Source: Tubiluchus corallicola (Eukaryota > Animalia > Priapulida). From it: a stretch of 64,000 bases of DNA. The stretch spans positions 1 through 64,000 of the forward strand of contig JAQGDQ010000503.1 in the NCBI GenBank assembly GCA_030141605.1. Reading direction: 5' to 3'. The notes beneath the pieces were generated by a model that worked only from the letters and a program-made list of their open reading frames with translations, was not told the origin of the DNA and did not search any database. The translations under genes and the position numbers were made by a program. Below, piece by piece: positions 28,330 through 44,879 of the stretch (its first letter is position 1; every line of letters begins with the position of its first letter).

Positions 28330-28970
28330 GAAATGCTGCCTAAATTCAAGAATTCTAAAAATGCTGCCATAAATTTAAGCATTCTGAAAAGCCTCCGTAA
28401 ATTCAAGTATTCTGAGATGCTGCAATAAATTCAAGTATTCTGAAAAGCCTCAGTAAATTCAAGTATTCTGAGATGCTGCCATAAATTCAAGTATTCTGAG
28501 ATGCTGCAATAAATTCAAGTATTCTGAGATGCTTCAATAAATTCAAGTATTCTGAAATGCTGCAATAAATTCAACAATTCTGAAACGCTGCAATAAATTC
28601 AAGTATTCTGAGATGCTTCAATAAATTCAAGTATTCTGAAACGCTGCAATAAATTCAAGTATTCTGAAATGCTTCAATAAATTCAAGTATTCTGAAACGC
28701 TGCAATAAATTCAAGTATTCTGAAATGGCACAATAAATTCAAGTATTCTGAAATGGCACAATAAATTCAAGTATTCTGAGATGCTTCAATAAATTCAAGT
28801 ATTCTGAGATGCTGCAAAAAATTTAAATATTCTGAGATGCTTCAATAAATTCAAGTATTCTGAAATGCTGCAATAAATTCAAGTATTCTGAAACGCTGCA
28901 ATAAATTCAAGTATTCTGATATGCTGCCCTAAGACTAAGTATTCTGAAATGCTTCAATAATTTCAAGCAC
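28330..28970. repeat. 28-bp satellite (gctgcaataaattcaagtattctgagat)
   Basis: About 22 tandem units. Confidence 0.9.
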
Positions 28971-31900
28971 TCAAGTTTGGCTTCATAAGTTAGCCCTTCT
29001 TTTAAAAAAGTTCCACTAAATTCATTTTCTAACAACATTAAAAAGTTAAAACAAAAATGAAGAATCAACTAGTGACTTACTAGCAAATCAATTACAATAA
29101 AAAGATTTAAAATGACAGCATGACACAAAAATGAGTGTAGAAAAACGACAAGAAATTAAATTATTATCCAATAGTAAGAAACAGTCAATAAATGTGAATA
29201 AACATTTAATAACTGGCTTCAAATATCATGTCTGTTTCTTGTGTTTTGATATTAAGCAGTCTTTCATCAGGCTAAATTACAAACATTACCTGGTAATCAG
29301 GTATTTGCTGAATTGAAGAATATATAACACATCAAATCCAACAATTTAATTTGCAGCCGTTAATAATTTTATAATATAATATAATAATTTTATAATTTGT
29401 GGTGAATATTTTAATTTAAGGATACAGACCTTCAGTCTGACATGTTGATGTTTTAAAGATTAAATCACCTTTTCATTGATCTATAATAAACCTAAAAAGT
29501 ATTAATTTCAAAACTTACTTTTTCTCTGTCTTTTTTCTTTCTTCTTCAAGTGTAACTCTTTTTGTCTAGAATTCTTAATAGTTCTTACAACGTGTGGACT
29601 CAGCTTTTATAGTTCACAGTTGCGGGGGGAGTTTTACTTTGAACTAGTTAGAGCTGGTTCAATCTGCCCTACACCCATCCTTGATTTGTCTGCAAATAAA
29701 TTGACATCGCTTACATATTAGAAGGGCTATAAATGTCGATTCTGCTAGCTCAGTTATTAAATATTTTTTATTGTGAATTTATAAAGCTTACTGTACACGT
29801 AAAATAGGATCTAATGACGTTGTAAGTGCAAAAGTTTAACCAAAAATTCAAACGAAATGTATAAAAGAAGATATCAAACACTGTATTTGAGTAAATAAAC
29901 TATTTCGCTAATAACATGCAAAAATGAAAAAGTCATTAAATTGCCACAGTATTGAGGTATGGTGATATGCTGTACGAATGAAATGCTGATATAAAATTGT
30001 ATGTTTCAGCAAAGATTTACAATATTTTGCTTTACCTGGCAATCGTGGTAAATATGAACTAAATAGTTTTAGGAAGTGTTGTACAGTTGAAACACCAAGT
30101 GAAACGTCAGTTATAACGTTGCTTTTTTTGCAGAAACGGTGCCTTATGCTGACGTAGTAAACGACTATAGCATTGTTTTAATATAAGGGTTTTTGTAGAG
30201 ACTTTTGTACAAGTGAAAAAAATCATACTTGCATGTATCTGAGCATAAATAGAAATTATTCATGGCGGAATAAACACACAATTGTTAAAACAGATTTTAT
30301 AAAAAAATGAACATGTGAAAAAACTAGGCACATCTGGATTAGAACCAAAGACCTCTCACACAATTAGAAATCGTTAACAAATTTTGGAAATGCTGAATTC
30401 AACACGCCATTTGATGAGCCTATGCATTAGTCATTAATGAAATGAACATTTGTTAAGAAATACTACAAAAAAGACTAAGCAGAATGTTCGTGCATCGTAT
30501 ATTATATGTAATCTTACGAGCAAAATATTTCCAAATCAAGGTCTGACATGAAGGGAATAAAAATACACAGTTTTTAAGGTTGATTTTTTGAACTGTGTTC
30601 ATTAATTAACAGTGGGCGATTGCTTCCAGTTCTTATTCCTTCTGGAAGTACCAAGCTTTGAGTTTTCTTGTATTTTCATCTTATTCACTGTTGTCATTTT
30701 TCTACATATTTTATGGTTCATCATAAAGTTAGTCATATTTTCTGAAGATTTATATTATCTCTAAGGTTATTTGTTGAGCAAGATTAGGTAAAGACTGTCT
30801 GTCAAAATTGTCTAATTTATCTTCTTGTTTGAAGTAATGTTGGTACACCTGCACTTTCTTACCTGCTCGTTTCATGCAAAACTTTTCCACTGGGTTCTAG
30901 CTATTTACTGGAATATTATTATATGATTAAATATAGCAGCGATTAAGACCTGAAAGATTGTAAACAGAAGGTTTTTTTAAATGGTGACAAAAATAGCTAT
31001 ACTTAATCAGTCCAGGTAACAGTTTAATGTAATTCGATTAAGTTATAAAAATAATAGTTCAGAAGATCACGACTATTAATTAAAATAATTGTTAACAATT
31101 TAGGCCTTTTAAGCAACTAAGCAGTCGGTAGGTTGGTATACAGGTTGTTTGGCGGGTATTTAGGCAAAGTAGTTGGGCAAGCACGTACATAGGCAGGTAG
31201 AAAGGCAGGTAGATAGATAATTGAAAAGGTACAGTAATTATGGTCATAGATATAATAAAGTCTTTTATTGTTTATTAAACGATATTGTTCAATTGTTGTT
31301 TTTATTATTTAATTAAAAATCGAAAAAATAGTTCTTTTTTTAATTCTCTCTTTCCACCCAAAAGTACCCAGGTTTCAGTTTAAATATGAAATCTTCTTTT
31401 TGTAACAATTTTTATTCTTTAATAACTCTCATAAAAATGATCTATTTTTCCAAAGCTATTATTTTACAAGTGAAATTCCCCACTTTATCAAGTGTCAGGT
31501 TACTTGTGTAAGATCACAGGTCCATAAGCTAATAAACAACTTATAATTTCAGCTCAAGGTAACGCAGGTACATCTGTACTTTTTCATGTGCTCGTTTCAT
31601 GCAAAACTTTTCCATTAGTTCAAGACACGTACCCAGTCATTTGTTTAATATTATGTTGTCAAAAAATGTTGATTAAGCCCAGAAGGCCAGTAAAAGGAGA
31701 GCTTGTTTACCCTTTAGTCAGAAAGTAACTATATTCAGGTAATGCATGAATCAGTATAACCCAATTCCATTAAATAAAAAAATATTAACTAGTAACTAAA
31801 AAGAATTATTTTAGGCCTACTAAACGTGAAAGTAGCAAAACTTAAGTAGGCAAGCAGGCAAGCAGTAAGACAGGTAAGTAGGTAGCTGGCAAGGCAGGTA

Positions 31901-32929
31901 GGCACGCCGGTAGACAGGGATGTAGGTAGGTAGGCATGTAGCAAGGTAGGTAGACAGGCAGGCAGCAAGGTAGGTAGGAAAGTAGTTGGGTGGACGTGTA
32001 GATATGTTTGGCCTTAGGTAAGTAAGTAGGTGAGTGAGTGAGTAAACTTATTCACATAATTAAAATGTGTCTAACAAAGAAAAATAAACGCAATGATTAT
32101 TTAATTATTTAAAAATTTAATTTACAATGATTCACTTTGAAAATGGCATTTTTAACAGAAGACACTGATTGTAGCAAACAGCAGGATATCCTATATGTTC
32201 ACTGCAGCAAATAAATGAATCATTTCCAGTAAAATTTTTGGCCCTTCTTTAAATATTTAAAAATTTACTGTAAATAGTAATACCTGGCAAGATTAGTTTC
32301 ACTAATGATTAAAATATTCATTATAAATTTGAATATTGCTTTATATTTTTTGCTGCAATAGAATTAGGAATATCAGCAATACAATAAAAATTCAACAATT
32401 ATCTTTATATGGTCTGTGACTTTTCTGCTGATGTGAAACACAGGTATTACATGTATTAAATGATTACAAATTTGGTACTGTACTATTAAGGAAAATATCG
32501 ACTATCCAATCATGCTATTTGTTTAGTCATTTATAGATGATTTAATAAAACAAAATTAAAAAAATACGCTCTTTTCAGGCACTCCAACTTAGCCTATTGA
32601 GTAGCTTAGTCTGGTGTACACTTGCGTGATCGTACAAACAAGTCTTGTTTACTGATTGCCAGCCAGAGGCAGTGTTCTGCTGCTATTCCAGAAAAAAATA
32701 ACCAATGAGCCAAGGACAAATTAAGGCCGTCTAACTTTTAACAGGGATTTCTCCTTGGAAATAAAGTAGACTTGTGGCCAAAGTCTTATCAAAGGTTCCA
32801 GCTGGACACATGAAATTTTCTGCATTAGCCAATGTCACCCAAGATTGTACAATTATTAAAGTGCAAACACTGCAGTTACTGAAAGCTTTTTATTTTTCGA
32901 AAATTGATTTTTAATTTGTTTTGTGCTCT

Positions 32930-33290
32930 AAACACTGCAATACATTGTACTGATCCCCCAATGCTCTACACTGTGCAATTACATGAAATTACACTGCATT
33001 ACATTGTATTTTCCCAACCAATGCTCTACACAGCGAAATTACGTGAGATTACACAGCATCATATTGTACTGGTTCATACTAATGCTCTAGGCAATGTAAA
33101 TACGTGAAATTACACTGCATTACAGTGCACTGCTTCATGCCATTGCTTTACACACAATGCAATTACATGAGATTACACTGCATTATATTTTACTGATTGA
33201 TACTAACGCTCTACATAGTGTAATTACAACAGATTATATTGCAATCCATTGTACTGATTCATACCAATGCTTCACACAATGCAATTTTGC
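32930..33290. repeat. Degenerate ~59-bp tandem repeat
   Basis: Recurring caatgctctacac...aattacatgaaattacactgcattacattgtact. Confidence 0.75.
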
Positions 33291-33304
33291 ACGCTAGTAG
33301 AAAA

Positions 33305-33630
33305 ACGACTGAGAATAGCCGCCTATCGTGATTCTGGCGAACTAATTTTCCTAACACGTTTTTAATTTATTCACACAGTGGTACAGAAATGCTCTATTAT
33401 AAACATGAAAAGCTTAGCTTGTTGGGAGGATAAAGACTGAGCAGAGCCACCTATTGGTGATTTGGCAAACTAATCTTCCTAACACGTTTTTATTTTATTC
33501 ACACAGTGCTACAGAAATGCTCTGTTATAAACATGAAAAGCTTAGCTTGTTAGTAGGATAAAGACTGAGAAGAGCCACCTTTTGGTGATTTGGCAAACTA
33601 ATCTTCCTAACACGTTTTTATTCACACAGT
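33305..33630. repeat. ~125-bp tandem triplication
   Basis: gactgagNagagccacctattggtgatttggcaaactaatcttcctaacacg occurs three times. Confidence 0.85.
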
Positions 33631-33634
33631 GGTA

Positions 33635-36630
<2,996 letters not shown>

Positions 36631-38470
36631 ATACATACACATACATATACATACACATAAATATGCATACCTAGCAGAAAAAGAAAAATAACTAAAGTTG
36701 TAGGGCTAACAGGCAATTGGGGTATAGACATAACATAAAATACAATCTCACAAGTAGCAGTGCAATAATATATATAAAGATGGCATTGTTACTATTTCTA
36801 TTTTTACTATCTCTATGGCAAAATTAATGGTTAGTATCACTGTAAGTTAGTGTTAAGATCTTCAGCATATATAATAATTGAGTTTTTTCAATTCATATTT
36901 ATATACGGTTTGGTGAGTTCAAATTGAGTGTAATATTAGTTTAAGTTTTAGTTATGTAAACAATTCCAAGACTAGGTATAAAGAGAAATAAGTATGTTTT
37001 TGAAGTTTGACACAAGGTAATTAAGAGATTTGTTTTTGAACTTCTGAGGAATAGGGTTCAAAATTCGTGGGCCTTGATACTTGAGTGAACGTTGAGCTTT
37101 GGTTGTATTGCATCTTTTGACAATGTAGGTATTACTTTATGCAAACCGCGTTTGGTGGTTACGCAAAGCTGAAGGTTCACTCAAGTATCCATTAATTAGT
37201 TTAGGTAGCTTGTGATTCATGAATTTGAAAACAAATTTAGCCATTTCTAAGTTATAAATGTCAGCTATTTTTAAAATTCTTAGTGTTGCATGGTCCCTGA
37301 AACCAGCAAAACAGACAGCTTTTACAATCTTGTTTTGAGGTACAGCAACATTGTGTGTCAGTTTTGTTGGCTGATCCCCATGTAAGTATTCCGTATTGTA
37401 AGTAGGGAAAAACTAGTCCGTAATATATTAATTTCAAAGTTTGCGTATGTAGGTAGAGCCGATGTTTAAAAAGTAATCCTGTTATTTTACTAATTTTACA
37501 TGTTATATGTTTTATATGTGTACTCCAGTTAAGCTTGCTATCGGTAAAGACACCCAGATATTTTATATAGTTGGACCGGCTAATAATTACATTATTAATA
37601 TTAATTTGGAAGTTATTCACATCTGGATTAGGTTTTTGACTTGAATAGAGAATAAACTTAGTTTTTTGATAGTTTAATGTTAGTTTATTTGCTTTTAACC
37701 AGGTATCAATTTTATTTAATTGTTGGTTGACAGTATTTTGTAGATTATGGATATCAGGTCCATCCATAAATGGCTTAGTATCATCCACAAACATTCGTGT
37801 ATCAAGGTTAGTACAATCGACAGGGTCGGCTACTGCTTGGTCATCTGTCCCAATTAGACGTGCATCACCTTTCTGTCTAGTAGATTGACAGTAACTTTCA
37901 GAAACAAAAGTGGTAGATCTAGTTATTGCATTAGTGGGTGTTGATTTAGTATATGTCTCAGTACCTTGAGTTTCAACATTTGAAACCCTTGATGCTTTAT
38001 CCATTTTAGAGCTTTCTTTAGATTTTTTGCTACCACTCAGATTAGCAGTACACTTTTTATTGCTTAGACAATCACTTGCTGATGATTTGGAACTTCTTAA
38101 TCTTATTAGAGGTAGCTATGAGGCATTAGCTTACTGTTACATAAGTTTATTAGCGTCTGTTTACTACCGTTCGCTAGGTTCAGCTCAGCTTCATAAATTG
38201 TTTGGCGTGGAAAACTTCGAGGCTTTACACCGATAGTAATGGCGGCTGGAACTACACTCCAGGTTACGGCATACAGCAGTGTCAAGGCCACGACAAGGCC
38301 AGACATCTTCTTCGTCTCAGAACTGAACTAAACTTTTTGTGCGCACTGTTACTTTATTACTGATTCGAAATTCATCATCTTTGATACTGTATTCACATTT
38401 GCTTAGAATTAGATACGACTCGAATTCGAAAGCCGGAGTTCGATTCGATTTCTGGTAGTCTCTGGTCATC
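36631..38470 (-). mobile_element. Internally deleted CR1/L2-like LINE (ORF1-like remnant joined to RT C-terminus, 3'UTR and (GTAT)n tail)
   Basis: MFVDDT...LNKIDTWLKANKLTLNYQKTKFI...YIKYLGV..DSKLNWSTHI...LIYYGLVFPYLQYGILTWG; simple-repeat tail at 36631-36670. Confidence 0.8.
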
Positions 38471-39779
38471 GCAACTCATTTTCTGAGCAAATTATATCAA
38501 ACTCAAACAAAATCAAAAACAAACTACATGAAAAAAAGATTTTCTGTTTGATTTTTTACTGTAACTGCTGATTATTTAATTAATTTTAACAAATAGTTTA
38601 TTTTTAATCCTTCTTCCTTCCTTCCACCAGATGGTGCCTGTTTTGTGTTGAAATGTTACATCTTCTTTTTGTGAGATTTTTTATTCATAAATCACTCTCA
38701 TAAACACGATCTTATTTTCATAATGTCCAAATTACCTAAGTGTCAGGTTATTTGTTGACAAACATTACTCATGATTACTGGTCTGACAAGTAAATAAGCA
38801 GCTTATATAGGTAGCACAAGGTAACGTAGGTACATCTTTCTCACGTGCTCATTTCATGCAAAACTTTTCCATCAGTTCCAGCTATGTACCCAACTATTTG
38901 AATAATATGTAAATAAAACAGCCATTAAATCCAGAAAGCCAGTAAACCGGAAGCTTATCTACATTCTAGAAAATAACTATAACCACTCAGTGCATGTATC
39001 AGTATTAAATAATTCGAGGGTTTATTATGAAAATAATATTTTGCTATATGATAACTATTAATTTCAAAATCATAAGAATTGACAACTTTGACTAATTAAG
39101 CAAGCAGTAATTAAAAAGTAAGTAGGTAGGCAGACAGGTAGGTAGCTAGGTAGGTAGGCAGGCACTCAGGCAGGTAGGTAGGTAGGTAGGTTGGTAGGCA
39201 GGCAGACAGGTAGGCAGACAGGCAGGTAGGTAGGTAGGTACTAGAGTGTAACATTATCTAATAGGCCCGAAAAGCTATATTGAGCAGAGCGAAAATTCAA
39301 ATTCAGCCAGAAGTCACTTTTGACATTTGTCAAAATTTCGAAATAATAGATGCCATAATCTTGTGGGTGTGTCTTTTCCTTAAATTTTAAGATAAAGATT
39401 AAGAAATTAACTTCTGCACAAATTTGTTTGTAGAAAAACAAAATACAACTCAGGTAGGTAGGTCAGTTTCAACACTTAGGATTACCTGCTGATCCATATT
39501 ATTGTCTAGCTGTATTAACAATCTTTTTTCAGAACGTGGACACTGTGGATCTACCTGAACTGCTTTATTCTTCTGCTAATGTGGGCTGAGAAACGTTTAA
39601 CTCTCTTCTACAGTTTTCTACTTTAAATCAAGTCCTGATCAGTATGACTTAGATAATTATAGATCACATTATGATAATAAATATTACAAGATTCAAACTT
39701 TATTAGAAGATCCTAAATTTAGTACAACACCTAAAGACATAAGTTTCGTCCATTTTAACAATAACAGTTATTTCTCCGA

Positions 39780-40137
39780 CACCCTTGACCTTCTACCTCT
39801 CTTTCAACAAAAACCAGTGCTTTGTTATTGCAGTAACAGAGACATGCCTCAAAGACAATGTCCATTTTTTGTGTAATTTGCCTAATTATTCATTCGTAAA
39901 ATATTAATTCTAAAACTGCTGCTGGGGGAATTGGCTTGTATATCCATGAAAACTTTTCCTTCAATCGAATCCATGAATTTAAAATAAACTGTTCGAAAAA
40001 TTTTCCAAACTCATTACCAGTCTGCTCTAGCTCAATTCAGGTGGATCATTAATGGGTGGAACTGATTCCTGCGAATAATAGCTTTGAAAAACCTATTATA
40101 TTCGGTGTTATATATCGCCATCCCAATAATTCAATCA
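39780..40137 (+). mobile_element. Degraded LINE APE endonuclease fragment
   Basis: [38 protein letters not shown], with frameshifts. Confidence 0.7.
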
Positions 40138-40159
40138 ACATATATATATTGTTATATAT

Positions 40160-40254
40160 ATGGATGGATGGATGGATTGATGGATGGATGGATGGATGGA
40201 TGGATGGATGGATGGATGGATGGATGGATGGATGGATGGATGGATGGATGGATG

Positions 40255-40336
<82 letters not shown>

Positions 40337-40340
40337 GAGT

Positions 40341-40397
<57 letters not shown>
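40160..40397. repeat. (GGAT)n(AGAT)n(AG)n compound microsatellite
   Basis: Read directly. Confidence 0.95.
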
Positions 40398-40401
<4 letters not shown>

Positions 40402-41149
40402 TGGGGCCGTTTGTATGTAAGAAAGAACACCAGACTTTGCTAATGGTGTCAGTACTATATTAAATTTTAAAGTCAAATACAACATGTAATTTCATCGGAC
40501 CACAATCTGATTTAACACATCAGCTTGCCTGAACTGCTTGCTTGGTTTAGTACACAGACTAAGTCGTTTTGTGCTACATACGACGTCTACGAAATGTGTA
40601 AAAATATCCATGAAAAGTTCGATTCAACACAAATACTGTCCGTTTTACATTTTGTCAAAGTCATTTTGCTCGTTTTATATTACTTACCAACTATACAAAA
40701 CGTTGCAAATGATTTATTTCACACTTTTCCAGAAATGAATGAATATGAAACGTTTCGAAATTTTATAAAAATTTAATGTCCAGATAACTGTCCACATAAA
40801 ATGTAACATATATAATAATTATGTTTTAGGTGCGGGTAAAGATGTTACCTGATCAACAAAAAATATTTCCTATATAGCAGAAACAAAAGGTCCCAAGTTC
40901 AAAACTAGGTTTATCACAACTTTTTTAACTTTGCTACCAAATTCGAACTACTTGTGGTATACATATGAATTGCAATATGGCCGAAATGAAGTTTCGCACA
41001 AGATTTCATTGAAAATGCGATTATATAATACTAATATAATGTATATTTGCGTTATTATATTATATTATATATATTATATTATGTATTATATATATATATA
41101 TTGCATGCTTTCCAGTGAAATTTGAATGGCCGGGTTGTTTACACTAATG

Positions 41150-41470
41150 GTTTTTATTATACAGCTTCATTGATGGGCATTTGCATAGTTAGTTGTCAGG
41201 CATTCAAAATACTTCTTAAAGCAATGCCTAGAGAAGATGGCATTTTATATTCAAATGAGAGGATTTTCCACAATTTAGTCCCCGTTTGCTGTATTGTTTT
41301 GAGGCAGTGCATTGTTCTGTTTTGTTTTTGATAAAAACTTCTTCTTGATGCAGCTCTAGTGTTGTAGTCATGGTGGTTGCTAATTTTACTAAAGTAACTG
41401 TGAAACAGTCCTGCTAGCATACTATAGTTAGATACATACATAAACTTAACAGCAGTATAGTTTAAGGTCC
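41150..41470 (-). mobile_element. LINE ORF2 C-terminal fragment
   Basis: KFMY...FHSYFSKISNHHDYNTR...RT...TIQQTGTKLWK, typical of the CR1/L2-clade ORF2 end. Confidence 0.7.
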
Positions 41471-42026
41471 GAACTTTCCAGAATGATGAAGAATCTGGCG
41501 TAGCAAAAAACCGAATAAAACTTTTGAGTTGAATAAGCGGTGCGCCGGCAAGTCTCCTAAAATCATACAACGCGTACAACATGGCGTTCTGTGTACTACT
41601 GAATTTTTGTACATAAATCGTGTATATAAAAAATGTTTTTCTTCAACTAAAGAAAATATCTTGACTACTAAACGGGTAGGTTTTCCACGTACAATAAAAC
41701 CTTTGACCAAGAAAAATTCTATTTCATAAAAAATGTTGATTTATTTTATACTGGTTTCAGTAAACAATCTCAACTGGATATATCGTACACTTTAGGCTTT
41801 AATAAATGATTCACGATGATGATGACGATTTGGTGTACAATTATAAGGCCTCATTTAAGGATTCGATGTCTGACATATATACAAAATTTGGCTGGAAATT
41901 TTCACTTTGCCAAAACATCCTAACATTGATCGACGTGACGATGAATTTTAAATTAAATTACGTTTTTTTGGAAATGTGGCTGGGTGTGAATGTCCATCTA
42001 TAAACGACAGATTTCAATTTAACGAC

Positions 42027-42136
42027 ATGAAGCTGAAAGCAACACTCATTGAAATTACCACCAACATAACCAGGACAGCTTCAAAAAAAAGTATTGAAAA
42101 TGTATACAAAACAGCTATTGAAGTTTGTGTTGAAAG
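42027..42136 (+). CDS. Probable first coding exon of C2H2 zinc-finger gene
   Basis: ATG at 42027, open to GAAAG|GTAATT (phase 2), which matches the phase-2 acceptor at 42779. Confidence 0.55.
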
Positions 42137-42778
42137 GTAATTACATATAAGTTTTTTTAAATAAATTTTGAACGAAAGAACTAATTTTTGTTGTTAAAAT
42201 TTTTACATCTAATCGTACATTGCAAGTCTTTGATGTTGCCGGATCCGATGCTTCTACGAGTTACTGTTATGGCAGACATATTTTAGTGCAGACTCTAAAT
42301 ATATCTTTACCTAGTTTAGTTTTTAAAGCTTTCTCAATTTTTATTAACGATTACTTATTTATTTAAAGGTGGTATAAATACTTTTTGTAATTCCCACCTA
42401 TGTCATGTGTCCAACCTGTAATTTGTCTGAAGTATGTATCTGGGATAAGAATTAATTATAAAACTAAGTATCTATAATTTTTATTTCACGGTAAACTACT
42501 TCGTGACAATGTTCTAATTAGAGTATAGAATTTTTTATGAGCTAGCATAGCCCTGGTGTGTCTGCTGTGTTGAAATGTTTCTTAATATTCTTATAATCAG
42601 CAAAGTTCCAGACCTACAGTAGAGGTCAGAGAAAGACAAGAAATGATAATGATGATGATGCTAAAATAATTAACAATATATTTGTACACTACTTGTTGAT
42701 TTAAGTTTAGTTACTGGAAGTTTTCTTATAATAGGGTAGATAAAGATCGGCTGATGTATTACTTTCCTTTTGAAACAG

Positions 42779-44879
42779 GAACGATGTGAATGATGGCAAT
42801 GATGAAAAAGTAACCGACAGTATACTAACTTTGAATACTACAATGGACAACATTGAAGCACATGATGCAGTCAATGACAATATGCCAGCTTTTGGTGCCA
42901 TGGAGGAAAGAAAAGGCCAAGATAATCAAACAATGATAAAATACGATAGTGGCAATTGTTTCGCTAGTGGTCCTACTCCTGAGTCTGATGAAATGCGGGA
43001 TTGTTTTTCGCAAATTAGAAACATTAATGTAAAAACTGAACATGATATTTCAGAAGATAATATTGTTACCTGTACCAGCAATGAAGTACTAAATCAGAAT
43101 GTGTCTGGTAACAACTTTAATGTCAGTGTGGAAGACAATATTTTACCAAACATGTTAAGTTTGTTCAATAAGCGTTATAAGTGTAGTGTATGCGGCTCTA
43201 CTTTTAAAAAGAAGTCAAAGTTGAACATACATTTCCGAATTCACACCGGAGAAAAACCTTATCAGTGTGACCAGTGTGGATTTGTGTGTGCCCGGTCTGA
43301 TAATTTGAACAGACACTTGAGAACTCACACAGGGGAAAAGCCTTTCAAGTGTAAGGAGTGTGATGCTGTTTTTACTGAGTCAGGAAGTTTAAATAGACAT
43401 TTAAAAATTCATGCAGGAGCAAGGAAACCTCCTCCAGTTTTTATTCACTCTCGAAACTTATTAAAGCAACTAGAATTACGTAACTTGCCATTAGATGATA
43501 ATGGTGATAAAATAATCAGTAACAACCTGCTAAGTTTTGTCGCCGGAAATTTATCTGCAGCTTGTGATAAAGTGTTGAGTCAAGATGAGAAAATTACCAG
43601 CACATTCATAAAAACAGAATCGGGCAATTCAACAAACAAGTTAGACTATCGGAAAAATTCAGAAGCGCTTGGTCTGGTCCGTGTGGCAGGTGCTGCCAAC
43701 AGTGAAGAGAATCTCTTAATGGATAAACTGACCCTGTCTGGTAAGGTTCATAAATGCAGCGTCTGCGGTGCTACATTTAAAAATAAGTGCAAGTTAACTA
43801 TACACATAAGAACTCACACTGGAGAAAAACCCTTTAAGTGCAACCACTGCGATTCTGCTTTCGTTAGGTCTGATAATTTGTTTAGGCATCAGAGAACTCA
43901 CACTGGTGAGAAGCCTTTTAAATGTAAAGAATGTGATGCCACTTTTACTGAATCGGGTAGTTTGAAGAGACATTCAAGACTTCACAAAGGAGGAAGAAAA
44001 AGTTTTCTCTGCAGTTACTGTGATGCAAGTTTTATTCGGTCAGACCACCTGAATATACATCTGAGGACTCACATGGGGAAAAAGCCTTATAAGTGCAATT
44101 GGTGTGCAGCAGTTTTTACTCACACAGCACAATTAAGACAACATAAATTGACCCATTTACAATTGTGCAATTTTGACAATAAGATGGTCAGTCACAGCAA
44201 GTCAGATTTTGTTACTGCAACTGCATCTTCATTGTGTACTACAGAAACCGACAACGATGCAAATATGTTTATAAAAACTGAATGTGATGATTCTGCAAAC
44301 AGGTTAGAGTATTCAGAAAATCTTGAAAAGTTTGATCAGGGTTCTTTTTCGCCTGGTGCCTTTGATACTGGTGAAACATACCTTTTATCAGATTTTTTGA
44401 CTTTGCCTGGTAAGCTTCACAAATGCAGTCAATGTGATGCTACCTTTAAAAAGAAAGCTAAGTTAACCATACATTTAAGAATTCACACTGGAGAAAAGCC
44501 ATTCAAGTGCAATCACTGCAGTTCTGCTTTTGCTAGGTCTGACAATTTGAACAGGCACCTGAGAACTCACACAGGAGAAAAACCTTTTAAGTGCAAAAAG
44601 TGTAATGCTGCTTTTACTGAATCGGGTAGTTTAAGAAGACATTTAAGAATACACATAGCTGGAAGGAAACCTTTCATATGTACATACTGTGATGCAAGCT
44701 TTTCTCGGTCTGATCATAAAACTTTGCATTTGAGGACTCATACAGGAGAAAAACCTTTTAAGTGTAACTCATGTTTGGCAGCTTTTTCTCACCCAGCAAA
44801 TTTAAAGCAACATAAATTGACTCACTTATGTGAGAAATCAAGCATGTCTAGGAAATGTGAAACTACCTCAAATCTTTGA
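42779..44879 (+). CDS. C2H2 zinc-finger protein, 13 fingers in 3 clusters (3+5+5)
   Basis: tttccttttgaaacag| acceptor; CxxC-x12-HxxxH fingers with TGEKP linkers; intact ORF to TGA at 44879. Confidence 0.93.

Noticed and set aside
31480-31770. Minus-strand frame with several TGA codons suggesting an alternative code or NUMT
   Set aside because: It also contains TAA/TAG, the frame is not conserved in the two paralogous copies, and I see no resemblance to mitochondrial proteins.
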